Shown: in pieces, positions 28,663 through 41,214 of the stretch | Position numbering within the stretch: the first letter of the stretch is position 1 | Layout: each line of letters opens with the position of its first letter | Source: the human T2T-CHM13v2.0 reference genome, Homo sapiens | DNA length: 64,000 nt | Assembly: GCF_009914755.1 (NCBI RefSeq) | Contig: NC_060930.1 | Direction: 5' to 3' (one strand) | The notes under the pieces: generated by a model | Seen by the model: the letters and a program-made list of their open reading frames with translations, nothing else | Databases searched by the model: none | Told to the model about the DNA's origin: nothing | Program-made: the position numbers and the translations under genes

Positions 28663-31098
28663 ATATGGTTATAGCTAAGGAAAATTTTAATTAAAAGGAA
28701 AATGTAATAAATCTGAAAATGTATTCGTTTATATTTGATATTTGCTATCACAAGGGACACAATCTTTTATATATATATATATACATATGCTTCACGTTGC
28801 ATTTCCAGTATTTCATTCCCTTGGACTCAGGAGCTGGCCTCTACGCAGGTCTCATACGTTACCAAGCATCTTATTATGTGTTTCCATTAATGGAAAGAAT
28901 ATAGCTGGGATTTTATTTTACACAAAGGTCAGAAAATTCAAAGCAATAGTTGCCATACCAACTACAACTCGGCCCCTCAGCTCAAATGAATTTTTGCTAT
29001 TACTTATATCTGCTCTTAACTTTTATGCCTTAAAATATATAAAGGCAATTTGTCTGCCTTACTATTGCTGTGGGATTTGTCTACAAGTTACGCTTCAGGG
29101 CTCACCACAGGACTATGACATAACAGAACACACAGAATTCTTCTCTTTCTTTGGCATTGAACTAATGCACTTCCTTTACTACTGAAGTCCATCCATAAAA
29201 GAAATCATTCACTTTTTAAAGTTGTTGCTCCACATTTGACAGGGGAGAAAAATTAAAATACTTTTATACTCCACATCTGCCTCAGTTCTCCCTAAAGCCT
29301 GAGTTTTATTAAGGTGCCTTCTCCTGACATATGTGATGCTCTTTTTTTATCCACTTTATGAGACTCCAGGCACAAAGTCTCAACCTTAATCTTGCAATTC
29401 ATATGGAAATTAGAGCCATACAGATTTGCCTAATCTCCATGAGATTACTTCTTGTCTAGAGCTGTTTTTTAGAAGAAATAATAGAATCAAAGTAGTTAGG
29501 ATGTCACTTTTTAGGACCTCCATGGAATGAATTATCCATGGCAGCAATATTTCGTAACAGATTTATTTCTGCCATCACTATAGAAAACTAAGTTCCTAAG
29601 TACTGCTTTTGAGCCTTTGGGTATTACTATTGTATCAAATTTGGGTGTGTTATGCTTGTAAGATTATACACTAATTAGACTACAAGAGATGACAGGTAAT
29701 ATTCACCAAGATCTCTGGCAGTCAGACAAATAATAGGACCCCAAGAAAAATATTCTGCCATTAAGCAAAACACAAATATTGAGCTCAGCAAACTGGGTCA
29801 GCAGATCTACTCGGACAAGATAAAACATGGAAATAATCATTTGTTTTTTAAAAAAATTAATTTTAAATGTCATTGTTTGATAAAGTATGCATTTACATAG
29901 TTCTGAAACAAGAAACTATAAAAAAAAAAAGTGTACATGAGAAGTTTCCTTCCAATCTGGTTACCCATCTGCCCAGTTCTGCCATTCCCCAACCAGAGCC
30001 TTAGAATAGGGAATCACTGTTCTTACTTTTGTGTATATATAAACTTTCTGTGTTACTTTATGCTTGTACAAGTAACTACGGAAAGTGAATCTGATTGTTA
30101 CCCTTTGAAATCAAAAGTAAACAAGACAATAAAACTCCAAACAGATTTTAAGCAGAGCTAACATTTGTTTATATTTTCCTTAGGATAATTGATTATGCTC
30201 ACCAATTGCTTTCTTCCCCTATTCTCCTTTCAAATGGATTATGATATACCAACTTTTTCCTAAATTTCGTCTTAGAGATTATTAACAGCAATTTATTCTA
30301 TAGCATGAAAGCTGTTTAAGATATTCTTTAATGAAAAACACGTTTACTGATATTTCATTTTTCTAACAATAGAAAAATTAAGAATTATATAGAAAAGTCT
30401 ATTATGTACTGTGATACAGATTAGTTAAAACATTAAATACAAAAATAAACTTAAAAATTCAATTGCTTATTTTATTTTAGTTTAGGTGTTTAATAAGAAA
30501 TTACATGATTATCTTAGATTTATAATTTATAATTGGTAATGAGCAGATTTTATATACAAATATAAAATACAGTTAATTATATAAGGATTAGTTTTATCTT
30601 ACTTATGTAATTATATAAATAGCAAGTTCATGGTAAATTTTAATGTCTCATATATTTTAGTTTTTGTTTTCTTTACAAAGCATTCAAATTCTAGGGCAAT
30701 AGTAATATATTCTTTTTAGCCTGATCATTTTAAGGGGAATAGGCACTTTGATATATTCCTCTTTCAGTGATAATAATTTAAAATATATACCAACATTGTA
30801 ATGCAGACTATTTTAGTAGTAGTATGATTGAATGTGAAGGGAGAAAAAATTATCTTATGTCTAGTTCTGCCATTCCTAATAGAGTGTGACTTTGAGCAAG
30901 TTGCTTGATCTTCTGTAATTTCTAAAGAGTTTGGCCTGCTCCAAAACTTCAATTCTTCTCTAGGAATTAAATATGAAAGGTAAATGATAGAGAAAAGAAA
31001 ATCATAACAAAGTTACTAAAACTAAAAAGAGAAAAAATGAAATGAGACAGGTAAGAAAAAATATAACTTACAAGAATAAATATTTACAGTGGGCCTTT

Positions 31099-31335
31099 CA
31101 GACTTAAAGTCCTGGCTTATTTCGTTATTGTTGCTGTTGTGTTGTGTTGTGTTGTGTTGTGTTGTGTTGTGTTGTGTTGTGTTGTGTTTTAGGCTTTTAG
31201 CAGCCTAAAGCCATGGTTTCTAGTTTCTGTCTCTAGTGATAAGTGGAAAAGAGGAATGAAGGCAGGGCTTTACTGGCCCAATCAGAAACAGAAACTAAGA
31301 ACCCATGACTGTATTTTCTCCCTTGGACACCCATG
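31099..31335. mobile_element. MER107-like hAT MITE with internal (GTTGT)n expansion (31136-31187)
   Basis: ttttaggcttttagcagcctaaagccatgg...agaaactaagaacccatgactgtattttctcccttggacacccatg. Confidence 0.75.
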
Positions 31336-31444
31336 TGTTCCCTCTGTTCACCTACAAAAACAAACAAGAAAATCTCCAGGTTTCCTTTTCAAGATGCTGA
31401 TGGAGCAATTGGTTGCTACTGGAAGGGTAAAGCAAAGGGAAGAA

Positions 31445-31550
31445 TATGAACATTTACTGCATATATATTACCTCCTGAGCACTGTGCTGGGTTCTTCACA
31501 CCTGTTAGCTCATTTCAGCATGGAGACATAGTGCTACCTATGAAATTATT
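31445..31550 (-). mobile_element. MIR fragment
   Basis: aacatttactgcat...gcactgtgctgggttcttcac...gctcattt. Confidence 0.55.
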
Positions 31551-31603
31551 ACAGTCAGGAAAAGTCTGGGTGCCAGTTCTTTTTCTAACAGTTCAGTTAT
31601 TAC

Positions 31604-32226
31604 TGCATTGGTTAAATTTGTGTTGACTGGGCCATTGGATGCCAACATATTTGGTCAAACATTATTCTGGGTGTGTTTTTTGAATGAGATTAACATTTAA
31701 ATGGATAGACCCAGTAAAGCAGACTGCCCTCCCCAGTATGAATGGGCCTCATCCATTCAGTAAAAGCCTGAGTAAAACAAGAAGACTGACCTTCTCCCTA
31801 GTAAGGGGGAGCTCTTCCTGCCTAACTGCCTTCAATTTTTTTTTCCTTCACATTCAAATGGAATCATAGGCTCTTCCTGGGTCTCAAGCTTACTAGGCTT
31901 CATACTGGAACCACGTTGTTGGCTCTCCTGTTTCTTAGGTCTTCTGACTTGGACTAGAACTAAACCATCCACTCTCTCTGGTATCCAGTTTACAGATTCA
32001 CTCTGTAGATCTTTAGCTTTGCCAACCTCCATAATATCACATGAGCCATTTTTTAAATTATATATACAATATATAATTTAATATATTATGTATAATATAT
32101 ATTATATATAGAATTATTTCTATATATTATATCTATATTATATATAGATATAATATATATATAGAGAGAGAGAGAGAGAGACAAATCATATTGATTTTGT
32201 TTCTCTGGATAACCCTGACTAATATA
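31604..32226 (+). mobile_element. MLT2 (B/D-like, ERVL) solo LTR with (TA)n(GA)n
   Basis: Perfect 5-bp TSD attac (31599-31603, 32227-32231); gagattaacattt, gtaaagcagactgccctcccc, tttctctggataaccctgactaatata. Confidence 0.92.
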
Positions 32227-32262
32227 ATTACCATGATTATGTTGCCAGTAATAACAACTTGG

Positions 32263-32686
32263 TGTTATGGATAAAATGTTAGTGTTCTCTCCAAAACGTA
32301 TATGTTGAAGCCCTAACCTCCAATATGAAGGTATTTGGATATATGGTTTGGGGGAAGTAATTAGGATTAGATGATGTCATAAAGCTGGGACCCTCATGCT
32401 GAGATTAGTACCCTTATAAGAAGACACATCAGAGCATGTGCACACACAGGTTCCCTCTCTTTTTCTCTCTCTCCCCCGCCACACTGCCCAGGCACACAAA
32501 AATTCATGTGAGCACACAGCAAGAAGACAGCCATTTACAACAAAGGGGAGAGCCCTGGTTAGGAACTGATGATGCTGACATTCTGATTTCAGAATTCTAG
32601 CTTCTAGACTGTGAGAAAGGCACTTCTGTTGTTTAAACAAACCTGTCTATGGTATTGTGTTTTGACAGCCCAAGCCGACTAATATA
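32263..32686 (+). mobile_element. MLT1A-like MaLR solo LTR
   Basis: Perfect 5-bp TSD cttgg (32258-32262, 32687-32691); tatgttgaagccctaacctcc...cagcccaagccgactaatata. Confidence 0.92.
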
Positions 32687-33744
32687 CTTGGATTTGTATA
32701 GTGCTCTTTATTTTTAAATATATTCATAATTACACATAAGTGTCTTGAAAATTCTGTGAAATAGATATTTTACTTCATTCTAGCAATTAAAAAACTGAGA
32801 CATAGAATATCTGGCCATATAGAAACTGAGCTACTGTTCAGGCAATGTAATACCATATCAATGTTTAAAATGGAGTTCACACAAATAATATTTTGAAGAA
32901 AATACCTTAGTATTCTGGATTGTACTTTCCTTATATCCACTTAATCTAAGTGTCAATCAAAATAAGCCAAAATTCCATTTATCTTTAGCAGAAGCATAAT
33001 CTTTCCCACCTTCCTGATTGTGTATATCTGATGTTATTAATGATAAGCAACACTCCATATTCTCTTATCTGTTAGGCTAACAGTTACACAGGGCAAGTTC
33101 CAGTCTTTGTAAAGTATCTGAGATGCTGATCACATAATGAATTTCCAGATTATTTGTTATATACACAAAAAACTCATTAACTATAAGTGAGTATAGTAAA
33201 TCCCAGAAGTCTCCCCAAGTATCTAGTAAAACAAAAGAGCAAGATAGTGAAATATGTTCTCTATTCAAAATCTGAGTGATTAATAAAGACAGAAATGTGT
33301 GTTTGTGACATTAAAGATGCAATTTCCTAATCCTGTAAGTTACTTTATTGTTCAATTTAATAGTCTATAGATAATACAATGCCATGGCTTTTAATGGACA
33401 CAACTGACTAAATTGTCACACTTTTAAAAAGTTATAATTTTAATTTTGTGTTAAGAAAAAAATGACCAACTTCAACATAAAATTTGGCAAAGATCAGAAA
33501 AACACAAGACAGAAATTAACCTCTATAATTTCAAACTACAGATAACTACTATTAACATTTTCAGTGCAATATTTCCATTTTATTTATGTATTTATTATAT
33601 ATGTTACACACACACACACACACACACATGCACAAGCAGGTTGCATATAAACCATCATCCCAGTTATCTCCATCCCTCCTCCAGCTTGTGTAAAAACACA
33701 GGAGGAGTAGACAGAAAGGGAGTAGACTCATCAAGAGTACGGCA

Positions 33745-34759
33745 TTCCTGTACTACACATGTACAGACATTTTTTTTTCTTGTCATTACTTCCTAAACAA
33801 TACAATATAACAATGTAAGCACTAGTATTTTTATTTTTATTTCAATAGTTTTGGGGGAACAGGTGGTGTTTGGTTGCATGGATAAGTTCTTTAGTGGTGT
33901 ACCTATCTCCCAAGGAGTGTACACGGTACCCAATATGTAGTCTTTTATCCCTCACCACTTTCTCCTCCTTCCCCCCGAGTCCCCAGAGTCCATTGTATCA
34001 CAAGCTTTTGTGTACTCATAGCTTATCTCCCGCTTTTAAGTGAGAACATACGATGTTTGGTTTTCCATTTCTGAGTTACTTCACCTAAAATAATGGTCTA
34101 CGACTCCATCCAGGCTGCTGTGAATGCCATTATTTCATTCCTTTTTATGGCTGAGTAATATTTCATAGTATATATATACCGCATTTTTTTTATCCACTTG
34201 TTGGTTGATGGGCATTTAAGCTGGTTCCATATTTTTGCAATTACGAATTGTGCTGCTTATACACATGCATGTGCATGTCTTTTTCATATAATGATTTCTT
34301 TGCCTCTGGGTAGATACGCAGTAGTGGGATTGCTGGATCAAATGGTAGTTCTACTTTTGGTTCTTTAAGGAACCTCCCATAGACACCTAAATCCACTGAT
34401 GCTCAAGTCCTTTATATAAAATGGAGTAGCATTTGCATATAATCTATGCACATCCTCCCATATACTTTAAATCATCTCTAGATTATTTATAATACCTAGT
34501 ACAATGTAAATGCTATTTACCCTATACTGTGCATCCTCCTATAGACTTTAAATCATCTCTAGATTACTTATAATACCTAGTGTTTACATTGCCATAGGTA
34601 TTATAAGTAAACTAGAGATGATTTAAAGTATATGGGAGGATATGGATAGGTTATATGCAAACACTACACCATTTATGTAAGGGACTTGAGCATCAGTGGA
34701 TTTTGGTATTTGTGGGAGCTTCCTGGAACCAATTCCCCAAGGATACCAAAAGACAAATG
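33745..34759 (-). mobile_element. MER2 (Tigger MITE), rearranged and interrupted
   Basis: MER2 pieces at ~33745-33815 (-), 34369-34515 (+), 34530-34581 (+), 34583-34759 (-, followed by TA). Confidence 0.88.
33826..34377 (-). mobile_element. L1PB-like 3' end
   Basis: T-tail then tcaatagttttgggggaacaggtggtgtttggttgcatggataagttctttagtgg...gggattgctggatcaaatggtag. Confidence 0.9.
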
Positions 34760-37176
34760 TATTTCCCTGGAGCCTGTTTTTTCATGTAGCATGAAAAAAT
34801 ATCCCATTTTTCTGTCCACCATAGAAGTACTATTTCTCCACTTCTCAATTTTAGTATGAAATATCCTATAAAGGCCTTTGTGTGGCTTTGTATAGGTCAA
34901 GTGTCTGCCTCAGAACCAATCAAATATGTCCAGAAGTGGTTTGACTGGATGCAGGAGTAGTCCAGAGACAGACAGAGATACAGAAAGAGAGAGAGAGAGA
35001 TGGAAGGAAGGAGGAGGCTCTAGGAATAGAGTGACATAAATGTGCAATGCATTCTTGCTTGCAGGTTCTTGCTCATGAGTAATTTCTCCACAGCATTTGT
35101 CTTTATCTGACCTTTAATGCAGCTAACCAGAGCATCCTCTGAAATTGCTAATTCATTTACTCATAGTTTGAACCCGATGTCCTTTCTAGAGGCTATTTGG
35201 AAGTGATAATATGGCATTAGAAACTATAAGTGACAAATCAAAGTCCCATAGTCTAGCAGAAAGAGAAATGGATCAAGTCTAAATATTGATAATCATTTAT
35301 TATTTTTTATATTTTATCAAGTCTGATTAACATAAAATTAAAGAAAACTATATAGGTTTGAGTTTATTGAGATAGTCAACTGTCTTCATTGATGTTAAAA
35401 AATGTAATCACAATGCAATTGTTATAACACATTCTTCATATTGTCTCCTTATGTTCAAGTTTCAATCAAAGATACTACTTGTTAATTTTGCTGCACCTAT
35501 GCTTCTAAAAAGTTCTTTAATTTCTGAAATCCCGGGGATGAAAAGCTATAGGATACAAAGTAAACATTTGTTGAAATGTCTTCATTAAAGTTAAATTAAA
35601 CAGAAGAAAGTGTTGATTGCATGCAAGGAAAATCTAAATGAGCTAAGTCTATGAGACTGCGAAATAGACTCCCTAGGGGCAGCCTCTCGATGGTATCCTT
35701 CACAATTACCCAAGTATGATTCTTTCAGTCAGAGACTGTAGTTTTGGATTTTTCCCCAACATATTTACTAAGAGTATGTAAATAAAAAATACATTTTCCA
35801 AACCTATAAGGCATTATGATTCTGAGCTTCCATTCTAACCTATGAATATATTTCCTAAGCCATGGTGTAAAAATATCTTTGTAACTTGGCTATATGTCAC
35901 CTCTCGTGTAGCTCCTGCCATGCTAAGCATGTATGCCTAGAAGCAGGACCTAGCTAGAAAATTCTCCCAAAGCAAATGTCCACTGTCTTAAAATTAGACA
36001 ATGTTCAGAATTCCAGACAAATTACATCACCTTTCTACAGCTCCTTAGAAGGTAAATTTGTTTTCTCTCTTTCCCCAGGAGTAGATTCCTATGAACTTTC
36101 TTATTCCTTTAGCAACTGCTTATAGAATCCTTGATCACTGGATTTTCCTCTGACCACAGTTTCTCACAATTTTCTGAACACTTAAGAACGTTTTCCAGAC
36201 TATAAATATAGATATCTACTGACTCTTAATTTTTTGTCTTAGACTATTTAGACTTTTGGCTCCTATGTTTCTCTATCATTAGGCAATTGAATACCGCTTA
36301 TTCACTATCTGCCCTTTACCACAACACCTCTGACTCTTTTGTTAATTTCTTGTCTAATTTACTTGCATTTGCTGTAACATTTCATTTACCTTGATTCCTG
36401 GGTTCACACTTGTAGGTTTTTTCATGTTCACCTCCATGATCTCTACCTTGTTATACTCTTTGTTCTAGAATTACATTAATCACATCTTCATGTAGATTAT
36501 ATAATGGGTTGACTGAAAATAAATATATAAGGTAGAGAGATAAAGTAATAACTTTCCTTTGATTGATAATTTATGTGTCTCTGCTTTTGACCTGGTACTG
36601 GTATATACTTCAGATTACATGACATGAAGAAACTGTAAGAGGCCCTGAGACTAGGAATACTGCTTTGACAGATTTGTTTGTACGAGTGAAGAAAATTGTT
36701 AACAGAAAGCTGGTGACCACGGAAAAAAACCAACAATAATTTCCCTTGGTAATCTCTGATGAATTTTCTGAAAAAATGTAAAAATAGATGACCAAATATT
36801 AGCATCTGTAAATACTTTAGGCTGTGGGCTACAGAAAGTTTATTTAACAGAGATATATTTAAGCTGAGCCAAAGGGGAAACTCTAGCAGGGAGCAGAAAA
36901 TGAGAGTTTCCAAATTTGCACCTAGAAGGTTGTTTTAATATTGCCCTTCTAGACATAAAAAGAATTAAGAAGAGTTTCTATTTAAGAGAAACTCTTTATA
37001 GAATTTTGATTTCTGGGAAGCACACTGTCACATTATCTCATACCTGAGTTAAAACCTAAAACATATAAACAACTAAATTCAAATAATGTGAATAAAGTTC
37101 TAGTTATGCAACAACATAAAGCTACCTTTGTCACTAAGATAGCACAATGCCAAAATTTCTGGTTCTACATTTAAAA

Positions 37177-37178
<2 letters not shown>

Positions 37179-37225
<47 letters not shown>

Positions 37226-37290
37226 ATATATATATGTGTGTGTATATATATATGTGTGTGTGTATATATATATGTGTATGTATATATATA

Positions 37291-37342
<52 letters not shown>
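37179..37342. repeat. Compound (TA)n/(TG)n microsatellite
   Basis: Alternating TA and TG blocks. Confidence 0.98.
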
Positions 37343-37345
<3 letters not shown>

Positions 37346-37369
37346 TGTCCAGCAAACTTTTTTGCCACT

Positions 37370-37735
37370 GTTATGAGAGTTTAGGCATTACATTTAGGTT
37401 TTGATCCATTTTGAGTTAATTTTTGTATATGATGCCAGGCATAGATTGAAGTTTATTTTTAAGGACCATTTGTTTAAAACATTATCCCTTTCCTGTGAAT
37501 AGCTTGTGTGCTTTTTAAAAATATCAGTCAAATGCACGCAAGTGAGTCAATTTCTGGAATCTCTATTCTATTCCATTGATGTCCATGCCTAACCTTTCAC
37601 AAGCTCACCTGGTCTTCAATAATGTAGCTGCATATTTAGTTTTGAAACTGGGTACTATAAGTCATCTGACTTTGTTGTTTTTCTTAAACTGAGTTGGCTA
37701 ATCTAAATTATTTGCCTTTCTACATGAATATTAGC
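37370..37735 (-). mobile_element. Old L1M fragment (probably continues at 53330-53770)
   Basis: tgatccattttgagttaatttttgtatatg...ctctattctattccattgat. Confidence 0.75.
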
Positions 37736-37956
37736 ATTCAGCCATAAAAAAGAATGAAATTCTCTCATTTGCAACAACATGAATGGAACTGGAAGTCATT
37801 ATGTTGAGTAAAATGAGCCAGGGACAGAAAGACAAACTTCACATGTTCTCACTTATTTCTGGCAGGTAAAAATTAAAACAATTAAACTGAACTCATGGAG
37901 AAAGAAAGTAGAACAAGGCTGGAAATACGCTGTAAGGGTAGCTGGGGAGGAGGGGG
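37736..37956 (+). mobile_element. L1MA-like ORF2 end/3'UTR fragment
   Basis: ttcagccataaaaaagaatgaaattctctcatttgcaacaacatg...ttctcacttatt. Confidence 0.85.
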
Positions 37957-38279
37957 TGATATGGTTTGGCTTTGTCCTCACCCAAATCTTACCTTGAATT
38001 GTAGTTCCCATAATTCCCATGTGTCATGGGAGGAACCCGGTAATTGAATCATGGGGGTAGTTTTCCCCATGCTATTTTTGTGATTGTGAGTACATTCTCA
38101 CAAGGTCTGATGGTTTTATACGGGGCTTCCACCTTCACTAGGCTCTCATTCTTCTCCTTCCCAGTGCCACGTGAAGAAGGACATGTTTGCCTCCCCTTCT
38201 ACCATGATTGTAAGTTTTCTGAGGCCTCCCCAGACCTGCAGAATTGTGAGTCAGTTAAACCTTTTCTCTTTATAACTAC
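37957..38279 (+). mobile_element. THE1D/MSTA-like LTR, 3' end missing
   Basis: tgatatggtttggct...gtgagtcagttaaaccttttctctttataa, then breaks off. Confidence 0.9.
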
Positions 38280-38299
38280 TTAACAATAAGATCTACCCT

Positions 38300-38430
<131 letters not shown>

Positions 38431-39653
38431 TTAAAATATACAACACACTACTGTTATCTACAGGCACTATGCCTTGTAGTAGATCTCTAGGACTTATCCA
38501 TTTTGTATAACTGAAACTTTATACCCTTTGACTAATACCTCCCCATTTCTGCCCCCTTTTAGATCCTGGCAATCATGATTCTATTTTCTTTTTCAATAAG
38601 TTTGACTATTTTAGACCGTGATCTGAGTGGTATCATGTAGTATTTGTCTTTCTGTGTATAGCTTATTTTATTTAGCATAGTGTCCTCCAGGTTCATCCAT
38701 GTTTTTACAAAGGCAAGGTTCCCTTTTTTTTAAGGCTGAATAATATCTCATTGCACATATATACTACATTTTCTTATCTATTTATCTGTCAACGATCATT
38801 TAAGTTGCATCCATGTTTTGTCTACTGTGAATAAGCCTACAATGAACATGGGAATGCAGATATTTCTTTGAGATTATGCTTTCAATTTCTTTGGATATAT
38901 AAACCCAGAGGTAGGATTGCTGTATCAAACAATAGTTTTATTTTTAGTTTTTTGAGGAAGCTCCATACTATTGTATTTTCTGAAGAGACTACATCAATTT
39001 ATGTAACTACTAACCATGTACAAAGATTCCCTTTTCTTTACATTCTAACCAGTTTTTATCTTTTGTTATTATAGCCAACAGATGTGAAGTGATACATCAT
39101 AAAGATTTTTATTTGCATTTCCATAATGATTAGTGATGTTGAGCACCTTTTTCATATACCTGTTGGCCATGCCTTCTTTTAAGCAATGTCTATTTAGATT
39201 ATTTGCCCATTGTTAAAGTCATGCTATTTTTCCTTGCTATTTAGTGATAGAAGTTTCTTATATATTTTAGATATTAACTCATAATTAGATACATAGTTTG
39301 CAAACATTTTCTCCCATTCTGCAGGTTGCCTTTTCATTTTGTTGACTGTATCCTTCACTATGCAGAAGTATTTTAGTTTGTCAAAATGCGAATTGTTTAT
39401 TTTTGCTTCTGTTGCCTGTGCTCTTAGTATCATAACCAAGAATCATTGCCATTCCAGTGTTTAGAAACTATTTCACTATGATTTGAATTGGATTTCATTG
39501 AACCTGTAGCCTGCTTTAGATGACATGGATATTTTTACAATATTAATTCTTCCAATCCATAAATATATCTTTCATTTATTTATTTGTGTCTGCTTTAATT
39601 TTGTTTACCACTGTTTTACAGTTTTTAGTGTATCCCTAACTATTTCATTCTTC

Positions 39654-39957
39654 TTTTTTTTTTTTTTTTTTTGACACAGGGTCTCACTCTGTCACCCAGG
39701 CTATAGTGCAGTGATGCAATCAATCACAGCTTACTGCAGCCTCGACATCTCCAGGCTCAGGTGATCCTCCCTCCTTGTCCTCTCAAGTAGCTGGGACTAC
39801 AGGTGTGTACCACCACACCCAGCCAGTTTTTGTAGTTTTTCTAGAGACAGGATTTCATCATATTTCCAGACTGGTCTCAAACTCTTGGGCTCAAGCAATT
39901 CACCCACCCTAACCCTCCCTATGTGCTGGGAGTACAGGCATGAGCCACCATACCCAG
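39654..39957 (-). mobile_element. AluJ
   Basis: T-tail, gacacagggtctcactctgtcacccagg...gggctcaagcaatt; atttcatt on both sides. Confidence 0.92.
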
Positions 39958-40708
39958 AAAAAAAATTTCATTTTTGGGGGGTGCTATTATAAATGGGATT
40001 ACTTTATTAATTTTCTGTTCTGATAATTTGTTATTGCCATCAGCCTTTGTAACTAATTTTGGAATGTTAATTTTGTATCTTGTAATTTTAGTGAATTTCT
40101 TTTATAGTTCTTTTTTTTTGGCAGAGTCGTTAGAGTTTTCTACGTATAAAATCATGTTATCTGCAAGCAGAGAACATTTTTCTTCCTGCTTTCTGATTTG
40201 GATACCTTTTATTTCTTTATCTTGCCTAATTGTGGTAGTACTTCCAGTACTATGTTGAATTGAAATGGCTAGAGTGGGCATCTTTGGCCTTGTTCTAGAT
40301 TTTAGGGGGAAAGCTTTCAGTTTTTAACCTTTGCATATAATGTTACATATGGAATTTTCACATATGGCCTTTATTGTGTTTAGATAACTTCTTTTCATAT
40401 CTAATTCATCAAGGGTGTTTATCATGAAAGAATGTTGAATTTTTTCAAGTGCTACTTTTGCCTTTATTCAAATAATTACATGATTTATAGTCTTCTGTTA
40501 ATCTGTTGTATCATGTGGATTGATTTGAATATACTGAACCATCCATCTCAGGAATAAATAACACTTTTCTTCTATGATTCTTCTAATGTGCTTTTGAATT
40601 TGGTTTGTTAGTATTTTTGTTGAGAAATTTTGCATCCATGTTCATCAGTGGTATTGGTCTATAGGTTTTTCTTTTACATTTTTTTATTTCTTATTTTTTT
40701 TTTATTTC

Positions 40709-41170
40709 TGTGATGGTTAATACTGAGTGTCAACTTGATTGGATTGAAGGATACGAAGTATTGATCCTGGGTGTGTCTGTGAGGGTGTTGCCAAAAGAGA
40801 TTAACATTTGAGTCAGTGGGCTGGGGAAGACAGATCCCCAGATCCATCGGATTAGATTGTGGGCACAATCTAATTAGCTTCCAGCATATATAAAGCAGGC
40901 AGAAACATGTGAAAAAGAGAAACAGGCCTAGCCTCCCAGTCTACATCTTTCTCCCGTGCTGGATGCTTCCTGCCCTCAAACATCAGACTCCAAATTCTTC
41001 AGTTTTGGGACTCAGACTGGCTCTCCTTGATCCTCAGCTTGCAGATGGCCTATTGTAGGACCTTGTGATTGTGTAAGTTAATACTTAATAAACTCCCATA
41101 TATATATATATACATATATAAGTATATCTCCTATTAGTTCTGTCCCTCTAAGAGAACCCTGACTAATACA
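40709..41170 (+). mobile_element. 5' LTR, MLT2A1-like
   Basis: tgtgatggttaatactgagtgtcaacttgattggattgaagg...ccctgactaataca; TATA-like tataaa ~40888; aataaa ~41087. Confidence 0.95.
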
Positions 41171-41175
41171 GATTT

Positions 41176-41190
41176 TCGTACCAGGAGTGG
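41176..41190 (+). promoter_or_regulatory. Primer-binding site, tRNA-Leu type
   Basis: tcgtaccaggagtgg is one mismatch from TGGTACCAGGAGTGG, complementary to a tRNA-Leu 3' end; lies just after the 5' LTR. Confidence 0.8.
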
Positions 41191-41214
41191 TTCTAGAGGA
41201 ACAGAATATTAAGG

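Noticed and set aside
37134-37404. Four overlapping YI/CV-rich ORFs
   Set aside because: Translation of the TA/TG microsatellite.
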